From NCBI GenBank assembly GCA_964407925.1, contig CAYOXM010000002.1, positions 1,046-65,045 of the forward strand: 64,000 nt of DNA, read 5' to 3'. Positions 46,603-54,945 of the stretch are shown piece by piece. This DNA comes from an uncultured Gammaproteobacteria bacterium. GTDB lineage: Bacteria; Patescibacteriota; Patescibacteriia; SG8-24. Both the position numbers and the translations under genes were made by a program. How positions within the stretch are numbered: the first letter of the stretch is position 1; every line of letters begins with the position of its first letter. The notes under the pieces are model-generated. The model was not told the origin of the DNA, searched no databases, and was given only the letters and a program-made list of their open reading frames with translations.

Positions 46603-46853
46603 TCGAGGCTTTTACGGACGTTATCCGCCTTTACGCGCGCCGCCGCGCGCGCGAACCCATCAGCGGTTTCGCGCCGGCGTTTCTTGAGTTCGGCGATGCG
46701 TGCTTTCGCGCGTTCGTAGATCGCCTTCACCCGCGTTTCCTTGTCCGTGGTCATCGATTCGGTCATGGTCGCTCCGCCTTCCCGCCGCACCGCCATCGCG
46801 CCGAAAATCACGACGGTCGCCGCGACGGCGGCGAGCAGTGCCAAGGTCGGCAT
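46599..46853 (-). CDS. Small single-TM protein (84 aa), translationally coupled (ATGA overlap) to the kinase-like gene.
   Basis: MPTLALLAAVAATVVIFGAMAV TM segment followed by a basic coiled-coil tail. Confidence 0.35.
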   Translation of the reverse strand: MPTLALLAAVAATVVIFGAMAVRREGGATMTESMTTDKETRVKAIYERAKARIAELKKRRRETADGFARAAARVKADNVRKSLE

Positions 46854-46966
46854 ATGCTGAAAGTGTACCTGCCTGCGGCCCCTTTGACAAAGACGCTCAA
46901 GGGAGGAACAGTACCGTCGTCCCTCGGAGGGACGCGTTCATTTCCAAGGAGAAAGGGAACCACGTC

Positions 46967-48706
46967 ATGCACTTCCTCCTCATCGCCGCCGCAGTGGCCG
47001 TACTCGGCGCGCTGCCGTTGCTTTTTCGGCGACGGTTCGGTGCCGCGTCGAAACTCGCGGCCGTAGCGGCGCTCGTCGCCGCCGCGGTCGAATACTTCGC
47101 GCTGCCTTCGGCCGTATGGCCGTTTTGGGGAGCGACGGGCATCCTCGTCGTCGCCTGCTGGGCGGTCGCCGGCATTGTCGCCTATACGCACGACGAACGC
47201 GAGCGCGAAAGGCAGTACGACCGGCGACGCGACTACCGGTCCGTCGACAGTGCCGCCGAACGTCGGTCGCTCTTGCTCGCCGCAGGCTGGCCGGTAATCG
47301 GAGCCGTCCTGCTCGCGATACGATTCGCCTCGAGCTGGGCCGCGTTCCGCGCGCCGGAATACGTCGCGCTCATCGGCGAAGTGCAGCGGAGCGACTGGGC
47401 CAAGGACGTACAGCGCGCCGATCCGCGGCACATCCGTCTCGTGCCGCAGGAGATGGCGCACTGGCTCGCCAACAAACAGCTCGGCGAAGCGCCTGGCGCG
47501 GTCGGCAGCCAGTTCCAGATCGCCGAGGAGTCGCTGACGCTGCAGATGATCAGGGGCGAGCTGTGGTACGTCGCGCCGCTCGACTTCAAGGACTTCGGCG
47601 CCTGGCAGTCCGCCGGCGCGTCACCAGGGTACGTCATGGTGCACGCGGAAGACCCGCTGCGTCAGGTCATCGTCGTCACGGACCGGAAGTTCACGTACAC
47701 GCCGAACGCCTGCTTCGGAAACAACCTCGAACGGCATCTCTGGACCGCGGGTTGGCGCACGAAAGGCCTCACCGACTGGTCGCTCGAAATCGACGAGGCG
47801 GGCAAGGCGTGGTGGATCGTCTCCGTCTACGAGCCGACGATCGGCTGGAAGGGCGAGCGCGTGCTCGGCGTCGTCATCGTGGACCCGGAAAACGGCGATA
47901 CCGCGTTCCATGCGGTCGGCGACGTGCCGCATTGGGTGGACCGCGTGTTCCCCAAGGCGTTCGTGCAGCGCTACATCTCGTCCTGGGGCGCGTACTCGAA
48001 CGGCTGGCTGAACGGCTGGTGGTACAAGAAAGACGTCACCGAACCCGAGACGCCATCCATCGTCTATGGCGCCGACGGCGAACCGTACTGGGTGACCGGG
48101 GTGACGTCGACGAACGAGCATGACGAGTCGCTCGTCGGGCTGATGTACACGCACACCCGCACGGGGAAGTCCGTCTTCTACCGCGCGGTCGGCGGCACGG
48201 ATTCAGCCGTGCTCCAAGCGGTCAACAACAAGGTCGCCTACCGGAAGCTGCACGGCGCGAGCCCGGTCCTCTACAACCTGTACGGGACCATGGCATCCAT
48301 CGTGCCCCTCCTCGGCGAAAGCCACACCTTCCAAGGAGTGGCCATCGTCCGGATCGACAATCTCCAAGTCGCCGTCGGCGAAACGCCGGTCCAGGCGCTC
48401 GAGGAGTACCGCAAGCTCATTCCCGAAAGCGTCGACCGCATCGAACCGTCCGCAAGCGACCATTCGCGGACCATCGAGGGCAAGGTCGCCCGCATCGCCG
48501 ACATCGGCGGCGGCACATACTACGTCTACCTCGAGGGCGTTCCTACGGTGTTCGTCGGTTCGCGGGAGCATGCTCGGGCGATGCCGCTCACGAAGCCCGG
48601 CGATAAAGTACGCATCAGATACCTCGCCTCGGGCGAGTCGCCGCCCATAGTCTCGTTCGAGAACCTCTCTCTGCCGATCGTCTCCGGCCCACCGCCGGAG
48701 AAGTAG
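46967..48706 (+). CDS. Membrane protein with four N-terminal TM helices and a large (~450 aa) extracytoplasmic domain of unknown function.
   Basis: ATG at 46967 (MHFLLIAAAVAVLGALPLLF), preceded by an AAGGAGA Shine-Dalgarno sequence at 46945-46951, one of the few clear Shine-Dalgarno sequences in the window. Confidence 0.5.
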   Translation: MHFLLIAAAVAVLGALPLLFRRRFGAASKLAAVAALVAAAVEYFALPSAVWPFWGATGILVVACWAVAGIVAYTHDERERERQYDRRRDYRSVDSAAERRSLLLAAGWPVIGAVLLAIRFASSWAAFRAPEYVALIGEVQRSDWAKDVQRADPRHIRLVPQEMAHWLANKQLGEAPGAVGSQFQIAEESLTLQMIRGELWYVAPLDFKDFGAWQSAGASPGYVMVHAEDPLRQVIVVTDRKFTYTPNACFGNNLERHLWTAGWRTKGLTDWSLEIDEAGKAWWIVSVYEPTIGWKGERVLGVVIVDPENGDTAFHAVGDVPHWVDRVFPKAFVQRYISSWGAYSNGWLNGWWYKKDVTEPETPSIVYGADGEPYWVTGVTSTNEHDESLVGLMYTHTRTGKSVFYRAVGGTDSAVLQAVNNKVAYRKLHGASPVLYNLYGTMASIVPLLGESHTFQGVAIVRIDNLQVAVGETPVQALEEYRKLIPESVDRIEPSASDHSRTIEGKVARIADIGGGTYYVYLEGVPTVFVGSREHARAMPLTKPGDKVRIRYLASGESPPIVSFENLSLPIVSGPPPEK

Positions 48707-48709
48707 GAA

Positions 48710-48744
48710 CGGCGGGCCCCTTCGCCCGCCGTCTTTTTTTTCCG
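48710..48744 (+). terminator. Intrinsic terminator (acggcgggc-cccttc-gcccgccgt followed by TTTTTTTT).
   Basis: Hairpin plus T-run. Confidence 0.65.
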
Positions 48745-48753
48745 GAACGCGCG

Positions 48754-48762
48754 TGGCATACT
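48754..48762 (+). promoter_or_regulatory. Extended -10 element TGGCATACT ending 6 nt before the ATG at 48769 (leaderless arrangement).
   Basis: Sequence motif. Confidence 0.4.
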
Positions 48763-48768
48763 CGCGCC

Positions 48769-49347
48769 ATGGAAGGATTCCTCGCGCGGGCCGTGACCGC
48801 AGCCGTCGTGCTGGCGAGTTTCGGCCTCTATCACCTCGTGAACGGACGAAAGCCGCGGACGCGCGTGCTCATGACGCCGTTCGATGACGCCATCCCGTTC
48901 GTGCCCGCATTCAGCGTGCCGTATATGCTGTATTTTCCGTTCCTGTTCGGCACGGTGCTGTACGGCATTTTGGCGACCGCTGAGTGGCGCGCGGTCGCGA
49001 TGGCGACGGTGCTCATTCAAGCCGCCGCGTCGCTTACGTACCTCCTTTTTCAAACGCACGTGCCCCGGCCCATCGTCGAGGGGAAGGGACCGTTCGCGGC
49101 GCTGACGCGGTACGTCTATGCCAACGACCAGCCGTATAACTGCTTCCCGAGCCTGCACGTGGCGCACGCGGCCGGATGCCTGTACTGGTCGGCATCGTTT
49201 TTCCCCGCGTTCACGGCCGCCTTCGCCGCGCTGGCGGTCGCCATCATCCTTTCGACGATGTTCATCAAGCAGCACGCCGTCGCCGACGTCGCCGGAGGAC
49301 TCGTCCTCGTCGCGGCCGCGTTCAGCGTCGTTTCGGTCGTCGCGTGA
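48769..49347 (+). CDS. PAP2-superfamily membrane phosphatase.
   Basis: PSLHVAHA and KQHAVADVAGG, matching the PAP2 motif 2 and 3 pattern. Confidence 0.6.
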   Translation: MEGFLARAVTAAVVLASFGLYHLVNGRKPRTRVLMTPFDDAIPFVPAFSVPYMLYFPFLFGTVLYGILATAEWRAVAMATVLIQAAASLTYLLFQTHVPRPIVEGKGPFAALTRYVYANDQPYNCFPSLHVAHAAGCLYWSASFFPAFTAAFAALAVAIILSTMFIKQHAVADVAGGLVLVAAAFSVVSVVA

Positions 49348-49382
49348 GAACCCTTCGCGGCAGACGTATTCGCGCAGCGCGA

Positions 49383-49427
49383 AAATAAAACGCCGCCGTC
49401 TCCGGCGGCGCCCGATGTTTTTTCGAA
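49383..49427. terminator. Bidirectional intrinsic terminator (cgccgccg-tctc-cggcggcg).
   Basis: Hairpin flanked by AAAATAAAA and TTTTTT. Confidence 0.55.
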
Positions 49428-49432
49428 CGAGA

Positions 49433-50116
49433 TCAATCGGCCATCGTCCCGTGGATGAGCACCGTCCCGACGACCTTCCCTTGGGGATTCTTGAGCGGCG
49501 ATGCCCAAAGTTTGACGTCGATGACCGCGCCGTCCTTCCGTTTCCGTCGCGCCTTCGCGCCTTCGAGGATGCGCCCCTCGGCGATATGGCGCCGCATGCG
49601 CGTGAACTCGTCCTTGTCGGTATCCGTTATCGTGGGAAGGATTTTTCCGACGGCCTCTTCGGCGGACCAGCCGAACAGGCGGACCGACGCGGGATTCCAT
49701 TCCGTGACGTTGCCTTGCAGGTCGAGCGCGGCGATGGACGCCGGCGCCCCCTGCACGATGTCCATCATGCGTTTCGCGCGGCTTTCGCTGTCCTGCAGGC
49801 TGAGCGTCTTTTTCACGACGACCTGTTCCAGCTTGTCCGAATACTCCCGAATCTCCGCCTCGTGCCGCTCCTGCATCTTCGTCATCATCCGGAACAGGAT
49901 GGCGAGCATCGTCTGCGAGAGGACGATGGCCACGATCGTGATGAGCCAGGCCGGCCTGTCGAATTTCACCCCCGCCGGCAGCTTCGCGTCGACGAACTGC
50001 AGCAGTCCGGCGGTCGCGGCGATGCCGGTGCCGGCGATGAACACGCAGCCGGCGATGAATTTGTCGCGTAACGCCTTGATGTCGTTTGAGGTCGGCATAG
50101 GTTTTTCGTGATTCAT
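49433..50116 (-). CDS. Membrane-anchored PAS-domain protein without an output domain.
   Basis: Start at MNHEKPMPT (ATGA overlap with the upstream gene), two TM helices, then a PAS-like region DIVQGAPASIAALDLQGNVTEWNPASVRLFGWSAEEAVGK. Confidence 0.55.
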   Translation of the reverse strand: MNHEKPMPTSNDIKALRDKFIAGCVFIAGTGIAATAGLLQFVDAKLPAGVKFDRPAWLITIVAIVLSQTMLAILFRMMTKMQERHEAEIREYSDKLEQVVVKKTLSLQDSESRAKRMMDIVQGAPASIAALDLQGNVTEWNPASVRLFGWSAEEAVGKILPTITDTDKDEFTRMRRHIAEGRILEGAKARRKRKDGAVIDVKLWASPLKNPQGKVVGTVLIHGTMAD

Positions 50117-51864
50117 CGTCCCCACGATGCGTAGGGAGCGGTCATGAGCAAGGAAGATCCGGAATCGGGGCAGCGGAACGATACGGCACCGGTATCCGAC
50201 GTGGCCAAGGCGTCGGCCCAGAAGCACGGCGTCGTTCCCGCGCAGGCGCGAACGAGCGCTGCGGGTGCCGTGGCACGGACGGTCTCGCCGGGGGTGCAGG
50301 GGACGGCCGCGGGGCGCATGCGCCAACCGCAGTCGCGGAGCGGCCCGTACTCCAGAGTATCGCATTCCGCCGTAACCGCGCCACCCGTCCTGGGGATGCT
50401 CACGGTGACGCTCGCCCTGTCGTTCGTATAAAACTCCGGATTCTCCCTGCAGGCCTGCTTGAGCGCGGGCTTGCCCGAAGGCCCGAGTACGGGGTTTCCG
50501 GCGGCATCCAGGGCGGGAACGTACTTGCCCGGGACGGCCTCACCCTCGCACAGGAGCCGCAGCGGATTCACTTGCATGGCAAGGGAGAATTCCTGTGACT
50601 CGCCCTCGATCGCCAAGTCGGTAATGTCGATCCATTGGCAGTCGAGACCGATGAAATACTCGTCCTCCCAGCCCGCGCTGATGCCTTGGTTTTCGCAGGA
50701 GGCGAAGGGCGTGGTGAACGCCACGTCGGCGGCGTTCGCGGCGCGGCCGGTGCTTTCGACGCAGAACGACTGCTTCGCGCCCGGGAGTACGGGTTTTCCG
50801 TCCTTCTCGAGTGAAAATTCGCCGTAACCGTTAAAGTGATAGTGGCCGTGGCACTGCGACCAGGCGAATTGGTTCGTCTTTTCGATGAGCGCGTTCACGT
50901 CGCCGAAAGCCAGGTCACGATCGCCGAGGTTGGGGGTGACGGCGCGGAATCGCAGCAGCCGCCGCATTCCGGGCCCTCCCACGCAGCCCTCCGCCACGGC
51001 ACAGGAGTCGGGCGTGAAATGCTTATAGATGATGTCATAATCCTTGAGCGCTGCCGCATCGACGCTGATATCCGCACCGCCGACGGAGCGGGGGTGCGCG
51101 GCGGCGAGCTTTTCCGCGACGGCGGGGTCGTACGCGATCCGCTCCATCCGCACGTAGAGCGCCCCCACGCCGTTCTCCCGCGCCAAAACGTCGAGGCACG
51201 GCTCAAGAGGAAGGCCCCCGGGGTGTTCGCAAACGGGGACGCCGGGCGCGCATTTTGGATCGAAGTAATTTCCGTAATTGCGGTCATCCACGAGTCCGAG
51301 CGGTATCTCGTCCTGATTAGCGCAGGCGTATCCAAGCCGCTGGAAGAGATTCCGCGGGTCGGACGGCACGATGAACGTTTCGACGTGGACGCCGCCCACT
51401 TCGGCGAGCGCCTCGGCGGACTGCGCGAGCGAGTCCGCGGGGGCGACGACGTGTCCAGAAAGGACGTAGGGAATCGCGACGGTTGCCCGACGCTCGTCGT
51501 ACGTCGGATCGCCGGCCGCGAGAGCGAGGTCGTCGAACGGGATCGGCATCGCCGGTTCGCGGAAAATGACCTGAAGATAGCTGGTCGACGCCTGTCGCCG
51601 GATCAACTTTTCCAGCGTCGCCGCCGAAACTGCGCTCGGCTTCATGAAAGCCTCACGTACCGCGAGCCGACGTTCGCGGCCCTCCGGCAATTGCAGGACG
51701 ATCCGGCCGCGAACCTCGACCGTCGCCATCGCCGGTTCCGCCGTCACCTTGCCGCCGGAAGTGCCAAAATTGAGCAGGACGAGCGCCTTCACCATCACGA
51801 GCAGCACGATGACGATGAGGAGGACGATGACGCCCGTCCCGCCGTGCGGATTCCTGTTTGCCAT
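50113..51864 (-). CDS. Membrane-anchored extracytoplasmic protein with a lysyl-oxidase-like copper/LTQ catalytic-site motif.
   Basis: N-terminal TM GVIVLLIVIVLLVMVKALVLL; QFAWSQCHGHYHFNGYGEF compared with lysyl-oxidase WEWHSCHQHYHSMDEF. Confidence 0.55.
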   Translation of the reverse strand: MANRNPHGGTGVIVLLIVIVLLVMVKALVLLNFGTSGGKVTAEPAMATVEVRGRIVLQLPEGRERRLAVREAFMKPSAVSAATLEKLIRRQASTSYLQVIFREPAMPIPFDDLALAAGDPTYDERRATVAIPYVLSGHVVAPADSLAQSAEALAEVGGVHVETFIVPSDPRNLFQRLGYACANQDEIPLGLVDDRNYGNYFDPKCAPGVPVCEHPGGLPLEPCLDVLARENGVGALYVRMERIAYDPAVAEKLAAAHPRSVGGADISVDAAALKDYDIIYKHFTPDSCAVAEGCVGGPGMRRLLRFRAVTPNLGDRDLAFGDVNALIEKTNQFAWSQCHGHYHFNGYGEFSLEKDGKPVLPGAKQSFCVESTGRAANAADVAFTTPFASCENQGISAGWEDEYFIGLDCQWIDITDLAIEGESQEFSLAMQVNPLRLLCEGEAVPGKYVPALDAAGNPVLGPSGKPALKQACRENPEFYTNDRASVTVSIPRTGGAVTAECDTLEYGPLRDCGWRMRPAAVPCTPGETVRATAPAALVRACAGTTPCFWADALATSDTGAVSFRCPDSGSSLLMTAPYASWGR

Positions 51865-51989
51865 ACGCCTTCAGTGAATCAGATTGCGCCGTCTTTGGAC
51901 AGCAATAGGCCGCGGATTGACGCAGCGGAAAAATCGTGCGTACGATGTGGCATCGGCGAACCGCCGCTCGCTGAACAAAGGAGTTGTTC

Positions 51990-52241
51990 ATGGCACTATC
52001 CGACGACGACCGGAGACGTCTCGCTGCGGGACTCGGCACGCTTTCCGACGAGGCGCTCGGAGAGGTGAAGCGGGAACTCGACACGCTGCATGACGAACTG
52101 GCTGATGCCAATTCGCAGTTCCCCGAAACCAAGAAGTTCCTGGCCGCACGGGGGCTGACGCATGTGAAACAGCTTGACCGACAGGGCAGGGAAGACCTGA
52201 AAGCCCACCTGATGGCGGTCTTGCGCAGCATAACGAATTGA
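51990..52241 (+). CDS. Small hypothetical protein (83 aa), alpha-helical.
   Basis: AAGGAG Shine-Dalgarno sequence 6 nt upstream; high GC3. Confidence 0.35.
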   Translation: MALSDDDRRRLAAGLGTLSDEALGEVKRELDTLHDELADANSQFPETKKFLAARGLTHVKQLDRQGREDLKAHLMAVLRSITN

Positions 52242-52378
52242 AACTCGGCGTTCGGCCGAGTTTTTCATTAGGTCATTTTCCGCTCGTGGGCCGTTGACAG
52301 TTTTCTTGAAATATGCTAAGGTCGACCGTCAATCGCTCACGCGGTTGCTTTTGTTTCTAGGCTCGCATTAGCCAAATT

Positions 52379-52966
52379 ATGACAAGGACTTCCCACCTGC
52401 GCCATCCGGTGCTCAATCGAGGTCTTTTGCTCATTCTCGGAGCGTTCTTCGTAATCGGAGCCGAAAAACCGTCTTATGCCGTGGCGGCCGACGTTCCTGC
52501 CGCGCCCGTCTCAACCCTTTCGAGGTTGACCGTTAACACCCAAGAGGTACTCCCTGCAGAACCGGCCGGACCTGAACAACCTCCGTCGATGCAGGAAGTC
52601 CTGCTCGGTCTCTGCGAGAAGCGAGGATACGGGGAGGAATGCGCCAAAACCCTGCTCGGCATGGTGTGGAAGGAATCGCTCAACGACGGCAAGGCGATCG
52701 GCGACGGCGGACGCGCGCGCGGTTGGTTCCAAATCCACTACCGCCTCCATAAGATTTCGATTGCTTGCGCGGAGGACCTCGTCTGTTCCGCGCAATGGAC
52801 GCTCGACTACCTGGAACGCAACGGTTACCGCAAATGGCCGAATTACGCCGTCCAGTGCCATAACGGCTGCGGCTTCAAGAACGGCTATGCCGCGTCCGTG
52901 CGCCGACACGGCGAACGGCTCTGGAAGAACGGCCAGCCCTACGAAATGGCGCTCGCGAAAAACTGA
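52379..52966 (+). CDS. Small membrane-anchored lysozyme/SLT-like protein.
   Basis: TM anchor; KESLNDG...GARGWFQIHY resembles the SLT ES...G.(L/F)Q(I) catalytic region. Confidence 0.4.
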   Translation: MTRTSHLRHPVLNRGLLLILGAFFVIGAEKPSYAVAADVPAAPVSTLSRLTVNTQEVLPAEPAGPEQPPSMQEVLLGLCEKRGYGEECAKTLLGMVWKESLNDGKAIGDGGRARGWFQIHYRLHKISIACAEDLVCSAQWTLDYLERNGYRKWPNYAVQCHNGCGFKNGYAASVRRHGERLWKNGQPYEMALAKN

Positions 52967-52975
52967 GTAAGTTCC

Positions 52976-53006
52976 GAAAAACGCGCCGGTCGACCGGCGC
53001 GTTTTC
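52976..53006. terminator. Bidirectional intrinsic terminator (aaaaacgcgccggtcgaccggcgcgtttt).
   Basis: Perfect palindrome with flanking A-runs and T-runs. Confidence 0.6.
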
Positions 53007-53072
53007 GTAACGCTTGGCCGTCCGCGTGATCGCTGCTAAGGTGCGGCCGGCTCTTTTGGAAAGGCGGCTGCC

Positions 53073-54023
53073 ATGCGACTCCGCGGCATCGATTTCGGAT
53101 CCGTACTCGACGCCTCGGGCGTCAGGGGATTCTTCGGGGAAGGCTATCCCTATCACCGGCTGCTGCGACCGTTCGGCCTCGATTTCGCGGGTTCGACGTT
53201 CGTCGCGAAGACAACGACGCTCTTCGCCCGCGCCGGAAACATGCCGCTGAAACGCGACCTGACACCGCAGGAACGGCTGCCGCGCTGCGTCGTCGTGAAG
53301 CCATGGAGCGGCGTGACGCTGAATGCCGTCGGGCTCTCCGGCCCGGGCGCGGCGGCGCTCCTCGAGACGGGACGCTGGCAACGTCGGGAAGAACCGTTCT
53401 TCCTCTCGTTCATGTCGATCGCCGCGACGGCGACGGAGCGGCTCGAGGAACTTTCGACGTTCATCCGCCTCCTGCGCGGGCGACTGCCGGAATTCCGGAC
53501 GCCGATCGGACTGCAGATGAACTTCTCCTGCCCGAACGTCGGCCTGCATCCGGAAGATGCCGAACGGGAAGCGCTCGACGCGCTCGACGAAGCTGCGACG
53601 CTGGATATCCCCCTCATGCCAAAGTTCAGCGTCGCGACTCCCGTGGACGTCGCCGCTGCGGTGAGTCGCCACCCCGCCTGTGACGCGCTCTGCGTGTCGA
53701 ACACCGTGCCGTGGGGACTGTTCCCCGGCCGCATCGACTGGAAAGGGCTGTTCGGCAGCGACGTCTCGCCGCTCGCGCGCTTCGGCGGCGGGGGACTGTC
53801 CGGATGGCCGCTCCTGCCCATCGTGCGCGACTGGCTCCGCAGCGCCCGCTGCCGCGGCATCGCCGTGCCCGTCAACGCGGGCGGCGGCATCTTGTCGCCG
53901 CGAGATGCCGCGCTCCTCCTCGACGAAGGCGCGGCGTCGGTCTTCATCGGGTCAGTCAGCATGCTTCGCCCTTGGCGCGTCGCCGGCATCATCCGCGCGG
54001 CGAAACGTCGTCCCCCGCGGTGA
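53073..54023 (+). CDS. Dihydroorotate dehydrogenase-family TIM-barrel flavoprotein (PyrD-like; substrate uncertain).
   Basis: NFSCPNVG (DHOD catalytic N.SCPN motif) and a C-terminal AGGGI...G.....IG FMN-phosphate-binding motif. Confidence 0.55.
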   Translation: MRLRGIDFGSVLDASGVRGFFGEGYPYHRLLRPFGLDFAGSTFVAKTTTLFARAGNMPLKRDLTPQERLPRCVVVKPWSGVTLNAVGLSGPGAAALLETGRWQRREEPFFLSFMSIAATATERLEELSTFIRLLRGRLPEFRTPIGLQMNFSCPNVGLHPEDAEREALDALDEAATLDIPLMPKFSVATPVDVAAAVSRHPACDALCVSNTVPWGLFPGRIDWKGLFGSDVSPLARFGGGGLSGWPLLPIVRDWLRSARCRGIAVPVNAGGGILSPRDAALLLDEGAASVFIGSVSMLRPWRVAGIIRAAKRRPPR

Positions 54024-54123
54024 GCGGGGGATTTTTTTTGCCGCGTCACTGACGCAGAGGCTTCGGGGCCTGCCTTTGCGCGTCCGCCGCCGCCGATGTA
54101 CGATGGAGACGTAAACCGAGCCT

Positions 54124-54459
54124 ATGCCGTACGTCGCGCCTCAAGACCGCAAGGAACTCGACGAAGCCATCGACGCGCTGGCTGACCGCGTCGTTGAGCG
54201 CGCAAAAGCGGACGGTCACGACGCCGCCTTCGCCGGCCTGCTGAATTACAGCGTCACGCGTCTGGCGCTTGGCGTGGTACGGCGACGGTTCGGCGCGATG
54301 CGCTATTGGATCATCGCGGCGGTAACGGGAGCGCTCGCAAACGCCTCCGACGAGTTCTACCGTCGCGTGGGCGTACCGTACGAGGAGCGGCAGATCGCGA
54401 AGAACGGGGACGTGGACCTCTATCACGACTACGTCGAGGAAATAAACGGGAAAGACTGA
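54124..54459 (+). CDS. Hypothetical protein (111 aa).
   Basis: High GC3; no recognisable motif. Confidence 0.4.
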   Translation: MPYVAPQDRKELDEAIDALADRVVERAKADGHDAAFAGLLNYSVTRLALGVVRRRFGAMRYWIIAAVTGALANASDEFYRRVGVPYEERQIAKNGDVDLYHDYVEEINGKD

Positions 54460-54463
54460 CCTT

Positions 54464-54805
54464 ATGGCGAGGGCGATATTCAAACTCCTGGCGGCGACCG
54501 CCGCGGTGTTCGTCGCCGCGTACGTCCTGCCCGGCGTCGAGGTACGCGACGTTTTGACCGCCGCGATCGTCGCGGTAGTGCTGGGCGTCGCGAACGCGGT
54601 CGTGCGACCGATTCTCGTCGTGCTCACGCTTCCCGCCACGATACTCACTCTCGGCCTGTTCCTGTTCGTCATCAACTCGGTCATCGTGCTCACCGTCGAC
54701 GCGCTCGTGCCGGGATTCAGCGTGGCGGGCTTCTGGTGGGCCCTGCTGTTCAGCATCGCGGTGTCCCTGGTCAATTCGTTCCTCAACTGCCTCGGGGAAG
54801 AATAA
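54464..54805 (+). CDS. PF04020 (DUF360, the so-called phage holin 4 family) four-TM membrane protein.
   Basis: LPGVEV...NAVVRPILVVLTLPATILTLGLFLFVINS, matching the family consensus pattern. Confidence 0.5.
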   Translation: MARAIFKLLAATAAVFVAAYVLPGVEVRDVLTAAIVAVVLGVANAVVRPILVVLTLPATILTLGLFLFVINSVIVLTVDALVPGFSVAGFWWALLFSIAVSLVNSFLNCLGEE

Positions 54806-54820
54806 GGTGAGACGCGGCAT

Positions 54821-54846
54821 GACCGCCCGAACGGGCGGTTTTTTCG
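54821..54846 (+). terminator. Intrinsic terminator (accgcccg-aa-cgggcggt followed by TTTTT).
   Basis: Hairpin plus T-run. Confidence 0.55.
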
Positions 54847-54945
54847 TCGCGTTACGTTTCTCCGTCTGCGCCGTAGAAGAATGTGGTACACTTTTTTAGG
54901 ACACTCAGGCGCGCGTCACACGCTCGCGCCGTAACCTCCGCAACC

